DNA of 64,000 bases. Origin: Octopus sinensis (lineage: Eukaryota). Position numbers and translations under genes: made by a program. The notes below the pieces were generated by a model. It had not been told where the DNA came from, searched no databases, and worked only from the letters and a program-made list of their open reading frames with translations. Each line of letters opens with the position of its first letter. Within the stretch, counting starts at the first letter, position 1. The stretch is taken from assembly GCF_006345805.1 (NCBI RefSeq), contig NC_043015.1:27466001-27530000 (forward strand), read 5' to 3'. Below, in pieces: positions 11,130-21,501 of the stretch.

Positions 11130-13172
11130 TTAGTTGTGCCATTTATTTACTACTTTGTTAATGGACATGGCAAAGCTGACACGAAGGGGGAATTGCAGTC
11201 TTCTGAATGTAAATGGAATTTCTGCTCCAGATGGAGTAAGGGGAATTGTTGGAATAAAGACGTCATTACCTTTTCCACATCCAGAAAGAATGATCGCCTC
11301 GATAACGTGTGACATCATTTTCTTTATCACCAGTCGTGTTCCATTGCAAAGTCTTGGTGGTTCCAGATTGTGGAGTAGCATTACAGGAGTTCCAACTTTA
11401 AGTGCTAATATGTGTGGAGGTAGTCGAGGAGGCTCCATTGAATTGAGAAATTCAGGAGGATAGTTCACAACTTCATTTATATCTGGAATTGTATCAACAG
11501 ACTTGTAAGTGTGTATAGTGCCGGGAAGAGAATGCATTAGCTGTTGATTAATTTTGTAAACAGTGACGTTTTTTGGAGCTAATATTGCTCTTTCACACAG
11601 CCAATTGTGATTTTGGTAGTTTTGTGTGAAGTTGGGAAAAACTTTGTTTTTGAGGTCATCTACAGAATTAACAACAGAGGAAAATGACCATACTTCCATT
11701 TGTCCTGCAGTATCGAGAGGCATCTTGCCTTCTCCAAGTGTCAAAATGTCCTGTGCAAACTTTGTGGACATTTTGTCGCCATGTAGCTGAGCTCTCATGT
11801 TAGTGGTGAGACTGAGGATTGTAACATGATGCCACAGGGTAGCGGACTTTAGGCATGCTTGGACTTCATCTGCTCTAGTGCCTTTCAGAGTGACAGGAAG
11901 AGTTTGCCTGAAATCACCTGACAACAGAAGCGTTACACCTCCCATTGGAGCCTGACACTCTCGGATGTCTTTCAGGGCTCTATCTAATGCTTCCAAAGCT
12001 CCCTTGTGAGCCATAGTGCACTCATCCCAGACAATTAGATGACACATTTTAAGTACTTGTCCCTGATCTGAGCTTTTGTTGATGTTGCATGAAGGCATTT
12101 CAGATGCTGCTAAATTGAGAGTGAGTTTAAAAGTTGAGTGTGCTGTCCTGCCACCGGGTAACAAAGTAGCTGCAATGCCAGAGGAGGCTACAGCTACTGC
12201 AATGTCCTGATGCTGCCTAACTTCTGAAAGGAGAAGCTTTGTAATAAATGTTTTTCCTGTCCCTCCAGGAGCATCGAGGAAGAAGATTCGTCCCTCGCGT
12301 TGGCGTACACTGTTAAGAATAGTTCTGTAGGCCTGCAGCTGCTCCGGAAGTAATTTAGGCCCATTTTCAACAATGTACTTTGAAAGCGCTTGAGTGTCAT
12401 AGGTTGTTTCACGAATGACAGCAGTGGGAAGGCTATTTGACCCTGACCTGAATGCTTGTGGCAGGCCATACGTCGACAATTCATTTCCACCCAGTTTAGC
12501 AATTCTGTCTTCAATGTCAATGAGTGTTTTGTTATAGATTTCATTGCTAATACCCTCCATGTCAGGATAGAGCAGTTGAGCTTGACGCTGAAAGTCTTCA
12601 GCCAGGTTGTCTCTATATTTGAGCCATAGGGTAGCTGGATCACACAGCTCGCATGCCTGTAGTAATACTGCAAATAATGCCCTGAGACTTTTAGGTGATT
12701 GTGATAAAGCAGCCTCTCCTAAAGTTGCATCCCATTGTGCACCATCTTCTGACAGACCTTGTCGATCGCAGGCATCTCTGTATGTTGTGCAGACATGTCC
12801 ATGAACGGTTTTTAGGGCCTGGAAAGACGTTGGCCCTCTGACCTCATGCAGTAGTAGACGAAGGTAGAAGCACTCTTGTTGAGTGGGATGCACTGTGTAT
12901 ACTCGCCCAAGGCAAGTGTGAAACTTAATGCCAGGATATCCACGAACATTTTGACCTGCTTTCCGTGGGGCCCATTTTTTTCCATTCTAAGTGTAGTACG
13001 ATGGAATCTGTGGATACAGCAAGGTTTGAGCGAATGGATCCACTTGACAAAGCTTGAAGAATGCAGTGAGTGTGCTATCCCTTGGTTCCTCTGTCAACAG
13101 AGAAGCATTAGCATCGGTGAAGTACACTCTTTGACCATTTTCCAGGTGCACTGCAAGCTGTTGAATGGCTGG
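11130..13172 (-). pseudogene. Helitron RepHel fragment: PIF1-family SF1B helicase, truncated at both ends
   Basis: Motifs DAPGGTGKTF (Walker A), SSGIAATLLPGGRTAHSTFK, IVWDECTM, SGDFRQTLPV, LCNGTRL, RLQFPLRVSFAMSINK. Upstream in-frame Helitron linker LAVHLENGQRVYF...RVYTVHP..ECFYLRLLL, with a TAG at 12989-12987. No HUH/Rep motifs and no motif VI. Confidence 0.92.
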
Positions 13173-13574
13173 AAATGAATTCTGTCGTATTTATAAGAAA
13201 GCAGACAGCTAGAAGGATGAAGGTATCAGTGGTGGTATAGTGGTGTGGGGTCGTTTGAATTGTCTGTACGCTATGAAGGTTATAGGTGAAGTGGATGACA
13301 ATGTACTTCACTTGATAAGGTAGCATGTAGTAAATATCTGTTACCATCATCCATTGTCCCGTAGAGAAAAGTAAGTTTTATTTCCCTGCGTTGGGAATGA
13401 AATGAGAATGAGATGTAAGGGGACAATGTTTTTGAGATTCCGGTTCGAAAGTAAGGCAGGTTTGAAAGTGTTCCCAACAGTTATTAGTTATAGTGGTAGA
13501 GTGTTTATGCCGAATATGTACGTATGCACGTATATATATGTATGTATGCCTGTATATATGTACAAAATCCACTA

Positions 13575-13695
13575 AGAAGGATTTTGTTGGTCTGAGGCTA
13601 CAGCAGAAGACACATGCCAAGTCACCACACAGTGGGACTGAACCCAGGACCATGTGTTTGGAACGTAGTTGTTACCACACAGCCACACCTGCCCC
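13575..13695 (-). mobile_element. tRNA-derived SINE fragment (family also at ~250-340, 26930-27050, 44130-44240, 45040-45200)
   Basis: Minus-strand B-box-like GGTTCAGTCCC; body GTGTCTTCTGCTGTAGCCTCAGACCAACAAAATCC shared with the other copies. Confidence 0.6.
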
Positions 13696-13739
13696 TATGT
13701 ATGTGTGTGTGCGTATGTGTGTATGGGTAGATATATTAT

Positions 13740-14777
13740 GCATGTATATATGTGTATATATATGTGTACATATTACATGTACATCTATATTTATACATCT
13801 ACACATAAAATACAAAGTTATATCTTGATATCGTTAGTGATAACAATACTCAAAATATACAACAGACTGGAATTGTAGGCCCGTCTCTTGCAATTTCGAT
13901 CAATTAGATCTTGTCCTCCCTCTTGTATAGAAGTGTACGGCTGCACCAAAATTCATTTTTGGACTTTCTTCTAACGAAGGCATTTTAACAAAAATGCTTC
14001 CGTAGAGACAGTGAAAATATTGTCAATTTCCCCAAACAGGGACACAATTCGATTTTTAAACAATAACCAAAGCCCCTTCTCCGAAAGGGGGAGGGTTATG
14101 GTTTAAAATTAGTTAACAAATGCAACACAACAACGTTTCCCTGACAAGAAACCAACAAACGTGATTACAATAGTCAAACAGTAATAATAATAACAACAAA
14201 CCTTTTTTTAATTTAACCCCATTTATGTGAAACCACTTATTCAAGTTCAAGTCATTGATGCAATTTTATACAAATTGCTAATACACACACACACACACAT
14301 AATAAGGGTGAAAAATTGAATATTAATTTGATTAATATGAATTGAAAACCAGTGGTGTAGCATATAAGACCATAGCGGATCTTCTTCTAGCAAAATGGAT
14401 GACCACTGTTAATGGTTCATCCCTGTTATATAATACTTTCACTTTAGTAGTTTCAGTATTAAAGTGAAAGTGTCTGCATTACAATAGAGAGATGTTTTTG
14501 TTTCACTTTTAACACGTAATACCGAAATAGTGGAGAAGATATGATATTGCTGTGGGATCGCCCTAGGGAAAAAGTTAAAATTTTTTTGTCGATGAGTGAG
14601 TGAGGAAGATGGCCCCTAGCAACCACACCTTTTAAGATAGGGATTTGTAAGGTAGCCCACGCGCATCGTCACCTCATTCTACATGTCCCTGTAAATTTTG
14701 GAGCGAATCGGACGGGATGTAGTGGCATTGAAAGCGAACCAAGCGGTAAAAAGGCATTTCAGTTTTATATATAGAGA
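13740..14777 (-). mobile_element. Deleted, chimeric non-autonomous Helitron derivative
   Basis: 13740-14280 and 14460-14590 repeat blocks of 8185-9590 in the same orientation with internal deletions. The 5' end TCTCTATATATAAAACTGAAATGCC (14777 leftward) is shared with 16985. No hairpin-CTAG end of its own seen. Confidence 0.65.
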
Positions 14778-15850
14778 CTAGCTGAAGGTGACCCGCTCTA
14801 CGCGCGGGTAAGAGTGTGGTTGTTACTTTCTGTTGCTTCCTTTCAGCACGTAAAAAGCACCATCCGAACGTGGCGGATTGCAGCGCCGCCTTGACTGGCT
14901 TCTGTGCTGGTGGCACGTAAAAAGCACCAACCGATCGTGGCCGCTGCCAGCCCCCCTGGCACCTGTGCAGGCGGCACGAAAAAAGCACCCACTACGCTCA
15001 CAGAGTGGTTGGCGTTAGGAAGGGCATCCACCTGTCGAAACACTGCCAGATCAGACTGGAGCCTGGTGCAGCCTCCTGGCTTCCGAGACCCCTGTCAAAC
15101 TGTCCAACCCGTGCTAGCACGGAAAACGGACGTTAAACGATGATGATGATGATGATGATTCTCCCTCTTTGTTTCTTTCTCCTTTCTCTCTCACTTTCCC
15201 ACTCTCTTACTCTTCCTTTCTCTCGGACTCTCCCTCGCTTTCTCTTACTCTCTATCTTTATGTATCTCTCTTCCATTTATAAACAACAGAAGATCTTGAG
15301 TAAGTTGAGAAATAAAATATTTAGAAAGATCAATCATAAATATCAGGCAGTTACAAAGGAAAGGTCTGCTTGAAGACAGACAGCAAAACACTAACATTTA
15401 AAAGGGACAGACGAACTTGCGAGCTGAATAAAAATAATAAAATATTGGAAACCAAAGTTTGAAGGGATAGAATTTGAGGATAGTAGAGTCACCATGGCTG
15501 GCATTTCTTAACGACGGACAGCAACGTATTGACAGTTCAACGGCTGGCGTAAAAGTTTGAACTTGATGTAAAAGAAAATCCCTAAAAACCAAGTTTTGAC
15601 TTGATTCTTTCTCACGACAGTAGACTCACGATGGCAAGCATTGAAAACTTCTTCATCATGGACGGCAACACATTGACGATTAAAAGGCTGGAGCAAATTT
15701 TTTAGCTTGATGTAACAGAGAATTGCTAAACACCCGCTCCTTTAAATTTTAATCCCCTTCCAGCCCCATTTATACCCCTTTTCACCTTTTGGTTAATATA
15801 ACCCGATTTAATTTGGGTCTACTGGGGCCACATTTTATAAGATGAGGACA

Positions 15851-16045
15851 CAACCAAGTTTCCCAAGTTCTGGTCATAGACCATAGAACACTCAACCAAG
15901 TTTCCCGATTTCTGGTCATAGACCATAGAACAGTCAAGCAAGTTTCCCGAGTTCTGGTCATAGACCATAGAACACTCAACCAAGTTTCCCGTGTTCTGGT
16001 CATAGACCATAGAACACTAAACCAAGTTTCCCGAGTTCTGGTCAT
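15851..16045. repeat. 42-bp minisatellite, ~4.6 units
   Basis: Unit CAACCAAGTTTCCC(A/G)AGTTCTGGTCATAGACCATAGAACACT starting at 15851, 15893, 15935, 15977 and 16019. Confidence 0.95.
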
Positions 16046-16294
16046 TTGCAGAATAAATAGAGACGGCGGAGGTGGCAGACGTCGTTGCAATGTAAACATG
16101 ATTTGTTATAAGAGAAAGATTGTCCAGATTGTGTGTTGGTGGTGTTGGTGGTGGCGATGATAATTATCATTAGGAAAAAGAGTGAGTGAGTGAGGAAGAC
16201 ATACATAAGTTGTGGCGATGATAATTGTAGACCCCTTTTCACATTTTGATGAAGAGAACCCGATTTCATTCGGGTGTACTGGGGCCACATATAG

Positions 16295-16535
16295 GTGTGT
16301 GTGTGTGTGTGCACGCTGTAGAAATTAAATTAGAGATAAAACCACTAATAGGGAAATGAAACAGTAAAAAACCAAAAACAAAAATAAAAATATAATATTA
16401 GATATATGTATATATGTGTGTGTGTGTGTGTGTGTGTGCACGCTGTAGAAATTAAATTAGAGATAAAACCACTAATAGGGAAATGAAACAGTAAAAAACC
16501 AAAAACAAAAATAAAAATATAATATTAGATATATG

Positions 16536-16565
<30 letters not shown>
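16295..16565. repeat. ~127-bp direct tandem duplication bounded by (GT)n
   Basis: GAAATTAAATTAGAGATAAAACCACTAATAGGG... occurs at 16321 and 16448. Confidence 0.9.
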
Positions 16566-16566
<1 letters not shown>

Positions 16567-17120
16567 TGACAGGTAGACAATAGAATGCGATGGCGATGGG
16601 GATGGCGAGTAATATTTGTTACTGTCCATGAACGCTGATAGATACATGAGTAAAATGTATAGGAAGGTAAGAGATAGAGTGAGTGAAAATGTTCTTGGAA
16701 GAGAGTAAATAGCTACAGAGCGATTTGAGGAAGACTTTACATTAAATAACGGTAGTTGCATTGTCAAATGAAGAGGAGTGACAGAGTACTGGAGGAAATA
16801 GGGTGAGGTAGGAAGATGGCCCCCTAGCAACCACAGCTTTTAAGATAGGGATTTGTAAGGTAGCCCACGCGCATCGTCACCTCATTCTACATGTCCGTGT
16901 AAATTTTGGAGCGAATCGGACGGGATGTAGTGGCATTGAAAGCGAACCAAGCGGTAAAAAGGCATTTCAGTTTTATATATAGAGAATATATATATATATA
17001 TATATATTGGCCTGCTCGCTTAGCCAGCAGGGTGGCGTCATTTGAAGGCTAAAACAATGCGAACGCATTGTGACCAGCAATGTGTAACTACATCTGATAG
17101 CCTGGTCGGTCACGGTGATA

Positions 17121-17169
<49 letters not shown>

Positions 17170-17171
<2 letters not shown>

Positions 17172-17693
17172 TATATATAAAGCTGAGAATGTGTGTCTGT
17201 CTGTCTGTCTGTGTGTTTCCCTAAAACTTGAGAACTACGCAACCAATTTCATTCAAATTTTACACATGCCTTACTTTTTTAGCGATTTCTGTTTTGGCGA
17301 CTTCAAGCCATGAAGTCGTTGTTCTAAAAGAACGCTGGTCTCCTTCACAACGCATTACGACGTTGATTTCCTTACACTCCCTTCCCCACAGCTTCACGAG
17401 GGAGGGAAGAAGGGGGAGAAGCAACACAGGTGCAGGCGTGAGCGTGGACGCCAACTCCGCCGCCATCGATACACGAAAAAATATGCATTAAAATGGAATA
17501 AAAAATGATGTTAAATTATTTTTAAAATCGTACACTCATCGTAGACGCGCGCTAATACCCAGACGGGCTCGATATGAATCACGACTATAACATACCCGAA
17601 TTTGGTTAAACTGCACCGCAAAATTTGGGAGTAGTTAGGAATCTAAATCGAAGGGGACAGACACTCACACAGCTACAGTTTTATATATATAGA
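17170..17693. mobile_element. ~520-bp unit with a Helitron-type 5' end at each side, facing inward
   Basis: The plus-strand start ATATAAAGCTGAGAATGTGTGTCTGTC...CAAATTTTACACATGCCTTACT equals the 5' end of the 8143-9716 element. The minus-strand start is TCTATATATATAAAACTGTAGCTG... Confidence 0.5.
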
Positions 17694-17694
17694 T

Positions 17695-17836
17695 ATATTT
17701 TCTATGTTATATTTTCTTTTTTTATGTTTTTGTTTTTGGTTTTTCACTGTTTGATTTGCCTATTAGTGGTTTTATCACTAATTTAATTTATACAGATATA
17801 TATCTCATTTGTATACATTTGTATATATAATGCGTG

Positions 17837-17878
<42 letters not shown>

Positions 17879-19077
17879 CATATATATGTGTGCATTACGT
17901 AGTCGGTCGATTCACCTGAAAATATGCACACCTATGTTAAAGGTGCTGACAAGTTTGCATCACAACTATTTTGTTCCTCAAATGAAAGGCGTCACCTCTA
18001 GGACAAAATTCCTCATCTTATAAAATGTGGCCCCAGTAGACCCGAATGAAATCGGGTTATATTAACCAAAATGTGAAAAGAGGTCTAAATGGGGCTGGAA
18101 GGGGATTAAAATTTCAAAGAGCGGGTGTTTAGGAATTCTCTGTTGCATCAAGCTAAAAAATTTGCGCCAGCCTTTTAATCGTCAATGTGTTGCCGTCCAT
18201 GATAAAGAAGTTTTGAATGCTTGCCATGGTGAGTCTACTGTCGTGAGAAAGAATCACTTCAAAACTTGGTGTTTACGAATTTTCTTTTACATCAAGTTCA
18301 AAATTTTACGCCAGCCGTTAAACTGTCACTACGTTGCTGTCCGTCGTTAACAAATGCCAGCCATGGTGACTCTACTATCCTTAGATTCTATCCCTTCAAA
18401 CTTTGGTTTCCAATATTTTATTATTTTTATTCAGCTCGCAAGTTCGTCTGTCCCTTTTGAATGTTAGCGTTTTGCTGTCTGCCTTGAAGCAGACCTTTCC
18501 ATTGCCACTGCCTCATATTTCTGATTGATCTTTCTAAATATTTTATTTCTCAACTTACTCAACATCTTCTGTTGTTTATAAATGGGAGAGAGATAGATAA
18601 AGATAGAAATTAAGAGAAAGCGAGGGAGAGTCAGAGAGAAAAGAAAAGTAAGAGAGTGGGAAAGTGAGAGGGAAAGGAGAGAGAAACAAATACGGAGATT
18701 CATCATCATCATCATCGTTTAACGTCCGTTTTCCGTGCTAGCACGGGTTGGGCAGTGTGGCCGGGGTCTCGGAAGCCAGGAGGCTGCACCAGGCTCCAGT
18801 CTGATCTGGCAGTGTTTCTACAGGTGGATGACCTTCCTAACGCCAACCACACTGTGAGTGTAGTGAGTGCTTTTTTCGTGCCGCCGGCACTGGTGCTAGG
18901 GGGGCTCGCAGTGGCAACGATCGGTTGGTGCTTTTTACGTGCCACCAGCACAGAAGCAAGTCAAGGCGGTGCTGCAATCGGCCACGTTCGGATGGTGCTT
19001 TTTACGTGCTGAAAGGAAGCAACAGAAAGTAACACCCACACTGTTACCCGCGCGTAGAGCGGGTCACCTTCAGCTAG
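17695..19077 (+). mobile_element. Non-autonomous Helitron; inverted, diverged copy of 14778-16430
   Basis: 3' end ACCCGCGCGTAGAGCGGGT-CACCTTCAG-CTAG|T at 19074-19077. Mirror ORF pairs in the track (14843-/18755+, 15398-/18266+, 15140+/18464-). Same embedded SINE. Confidence 0.8.
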
Positions 19078-19092
19078 TATATATATATATAT

Positions 19093-19665
19093 TGCCATAT
19101 GAACATTTAACGTGGTACTATAGTCAGTGTTTCGACTGCTATTTCGGCATGTTGGTGTCTTTTAGACACCCTCATTTTTAATTGTTAAAATTTTTTTTAC
19201 CTTTGTAAGGTATTTCTTTCATGCTGGCCACTTGATAATTTCGACACTTAAATATCGATATTATCCTCATATATAAATTTATATAATTCGTTATTATATT
19301 CACTGCGGTGCTTATTTTAACCATATCGTACTTATGCGGTGATTCGGCGGGCGATTCAAACTGGCTGTGTCCATACGTGCATATGTATGTATGTACGACG
19401 CTCGTATATGTAAGTATATCGTTTGCTGTGCATATATATATCTGTATTTATGTACCCTTGATATATTCAATTGATGACGGTAAAGCTTATCTAAAGCAGA
19501 ACCAGAAATCCTTGGATCTTGAATTATTCAATAATTTTTGCTTGTATGTTTTGTCCCTCCGCTTTACCTCATGGTGCCATATGAACATTTAACGTGGTAC
19601 TATAGTCAGTGTTTCGACTGCTATTTCGGCATGTTGGTGTCTTTTAGACACCCTCATTTTTAATT
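19093..19665 (+). mobile_element. Retrozyme/PLE-pLTR-like non-autonomous unit: 482-nt monomer with 91-bp terminal direct repeats
   Basis: 19093-19183 repeats at 19575-19665; (TA)n on both sides; degenerate hammerhead inside. Confidence 0.6.
19465..19524 (+). ncRNA. Degenerate type I hammerhead ribozyme motif
   Basis: 6-bp stem I ATTCAA/TTGAAT; core TTGATGA (C3U); stem II (C)GGT..GCTT/AAGC..ACC(A) with a closing mismatch; GAAA; stem III ATCC-TT-GGAT; AUC triplet. Confidence 0.55.
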
Positions 19666-19949
19666 ATATATATATATATAGTTGTAACAGAAAGGAGGGA
19701 TTTCGATTATCCCCATGTGGTGAATTGTGATATGGAATATCCATGTTTAATTAAGGATAAATATTGGATTTTGTTTATTTTCGATGTATTTGGTAGAGCC
19801 ATCAGTGACTTAATTTGTTGGCATTCTATACAAATCAGGAGATGTAAAGCAAGAATTCACACACAATTTGATGTTTTTATGACAGACTTTAATATTCACA
19901 GTTTTGAGTCATCACTAATAAGTGTATAAGTGGTGAAGAGGATAACAAA

Positions 19950-20810
19950 GATTAAAAACAGAGCCCAAGTAATAAAGGGAAACCAAAACATAGAAATTAA
20001 TGTAGTTTTAAGCACTATATCTCAATCTATAAAAAAATTCAATAGCAAATTCATATGCTGAAAAAACTATTTGACACAAATGTGGTGAAGTTAGTGCTTT
20101 CCTACCAGATTTATTTGACATCCCCACTGAAGATATGACCAATGAAATAGAGCCAAACCTACAAGATTTGTTGTTATAAGAAAGTGATCCTGAAGAAAAG
20201 AGAATCTTGCTATTTAGACGGACAAGTTGGCTACAACAGTTGATATGTATTGAAAAATTAATATGTACCAAGCAAACACTGTGTTACATATTCAAACATA
20301 CTGAATTCACTATAAATCTGAAATTAATTGTATTTTGAACTTTTAGCATCTAGTATAATCAAAGAAATATTTCCAAATATAGAATTAAATGGGCACTCCT
20401 TTCACCTTAGAATATGAAAAAATATATTGCTGCAATGGATTTAATTCCTTGTTATAAATATGTCAACTTTTCATTATAAGTGAAAAAAAATATTAACCCT
20501 TGTATTTATGCCTATTAACCATTAGAGTATACTAGAGATACCTTCGCTGTTGATTTATCAGCAGAGCATATGCCAGTTTTGAACTGGCCCAAAAACAATT
20601 TTATAGATCAAATACATAACTGAAAATTGGATTGAAAGTATGGAATTTTTGCACTTAAAATAATGTAGATAGAAAACAAAAAAAATCATTGTTTGTAGGG
20701 CCTTTGATTTACAGCAGAAGCAAATCAAAAGCTCTATAAGCAATCAGAGAGGGAGCAGCCATTTGGAAGTTTATCAATACATTCAAAACAAATTTTAAAA
20801 AGCTTGAGAT
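19950..20810 (+). pseudogene. Decayed Mutator-like (MULE) transposase
   Basis: Fragments LPDLFDIP...DLLL*ESDPEEKRILLFRRTSWLQQL, ELLASSIIKEIFPNIELNGHSFHL (DFExA...FP...GCxFH-like) and AIWKFINTF. Many stops. Confidence 0.6.
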
Positions 20811-21466
20811 ACTTATTCAGAGGCAATGCACCATCAGACAAGTTGATGTGACATAGTTGAATGAATTCTTAGAATAGTCTGAAATTTCACTTCATGAAAA
20901 CTCATTAAATATTCCTACATTATAATAAATGATATAAAAGGTTGGTTGGCTTCTCCAGTCATAGTTTACATCATATAGAAAGGGAGGAAGAGAGTAAAAG
21001 GGAAATACAGAAAGAGTTAATACAAGAAGGTACAGGATGGATGCACATACTAAGCTTGGTGGCAGGCAATGAGTAAATAAATGCTACACACACATACAAA
21101 CACACACACACATGCACACACACAAAGGAAAGAGTCATAGAGAGAGGGGCTAGAGAGGAGAGGGCATAGGTACAAATATATACATGTTTGTATATATATT
21201 GAGAGAAAAAGAGAGAGAGGGAGAGAGACAGACAGGTAGAGACAGAGAGAGGGAGATAAATGTGTGTGTGTGTGAAATTCCAAAATTTAAATTCAACATG
21301 GAGAGTAATTTTTGTTTATGATTTTTTTCACTTTTTGAATACCATTTCATTTCATTTTATTTTAAGGTAATAAATATTTTCTTTCACAAACAGGACAAAA
21401 AGTACTCAATACATATTGTAGTGTATAGTTATTTATTGTACACAGTTGACAAGTGTGTGTGTGTGT

Positions 21467-21501
<35 letters not shown>

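Larger units (their letters stand above)
10492..11158. mobile_element. 667-bp fold-back element: 298-bp inverted arms (10492-10789 / 10861-11158) around a 71-bp spacer; PLE pseudo-LTR-like
   Basis: Arms are reverse complements with 3 mismatches seen; the ORF track shows mirror ORFs 10517-10753(-) and 10897-11133(+). The spacer holds a 19-bp-arm hairpin (10790-10828). Each arm carries a hammerhead motif. Confidence 0.9.
14778..16985 (-). mobile_element. Non-autonomous Helitron (~2.2 kb) carrying a SINE and tandem repeats
   Basis: 5' TC at 16985. 3' hairpin ACCCGC-GCGTAGA-GCGGGT, then CACCTTCAG, then CTAG (14781-14778). Contains the (ATG)n-tailed SINE at 14840-15158. Confidence 0.8.

Noticed and set aside
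10517-11133. Twin 78-aa ORFs MADED(R/K)IRYGW...
   Set aside because: They are mirror readings of the palindrome arms with non-ATG starts; the sequence is better explained as hammerhead RNA.
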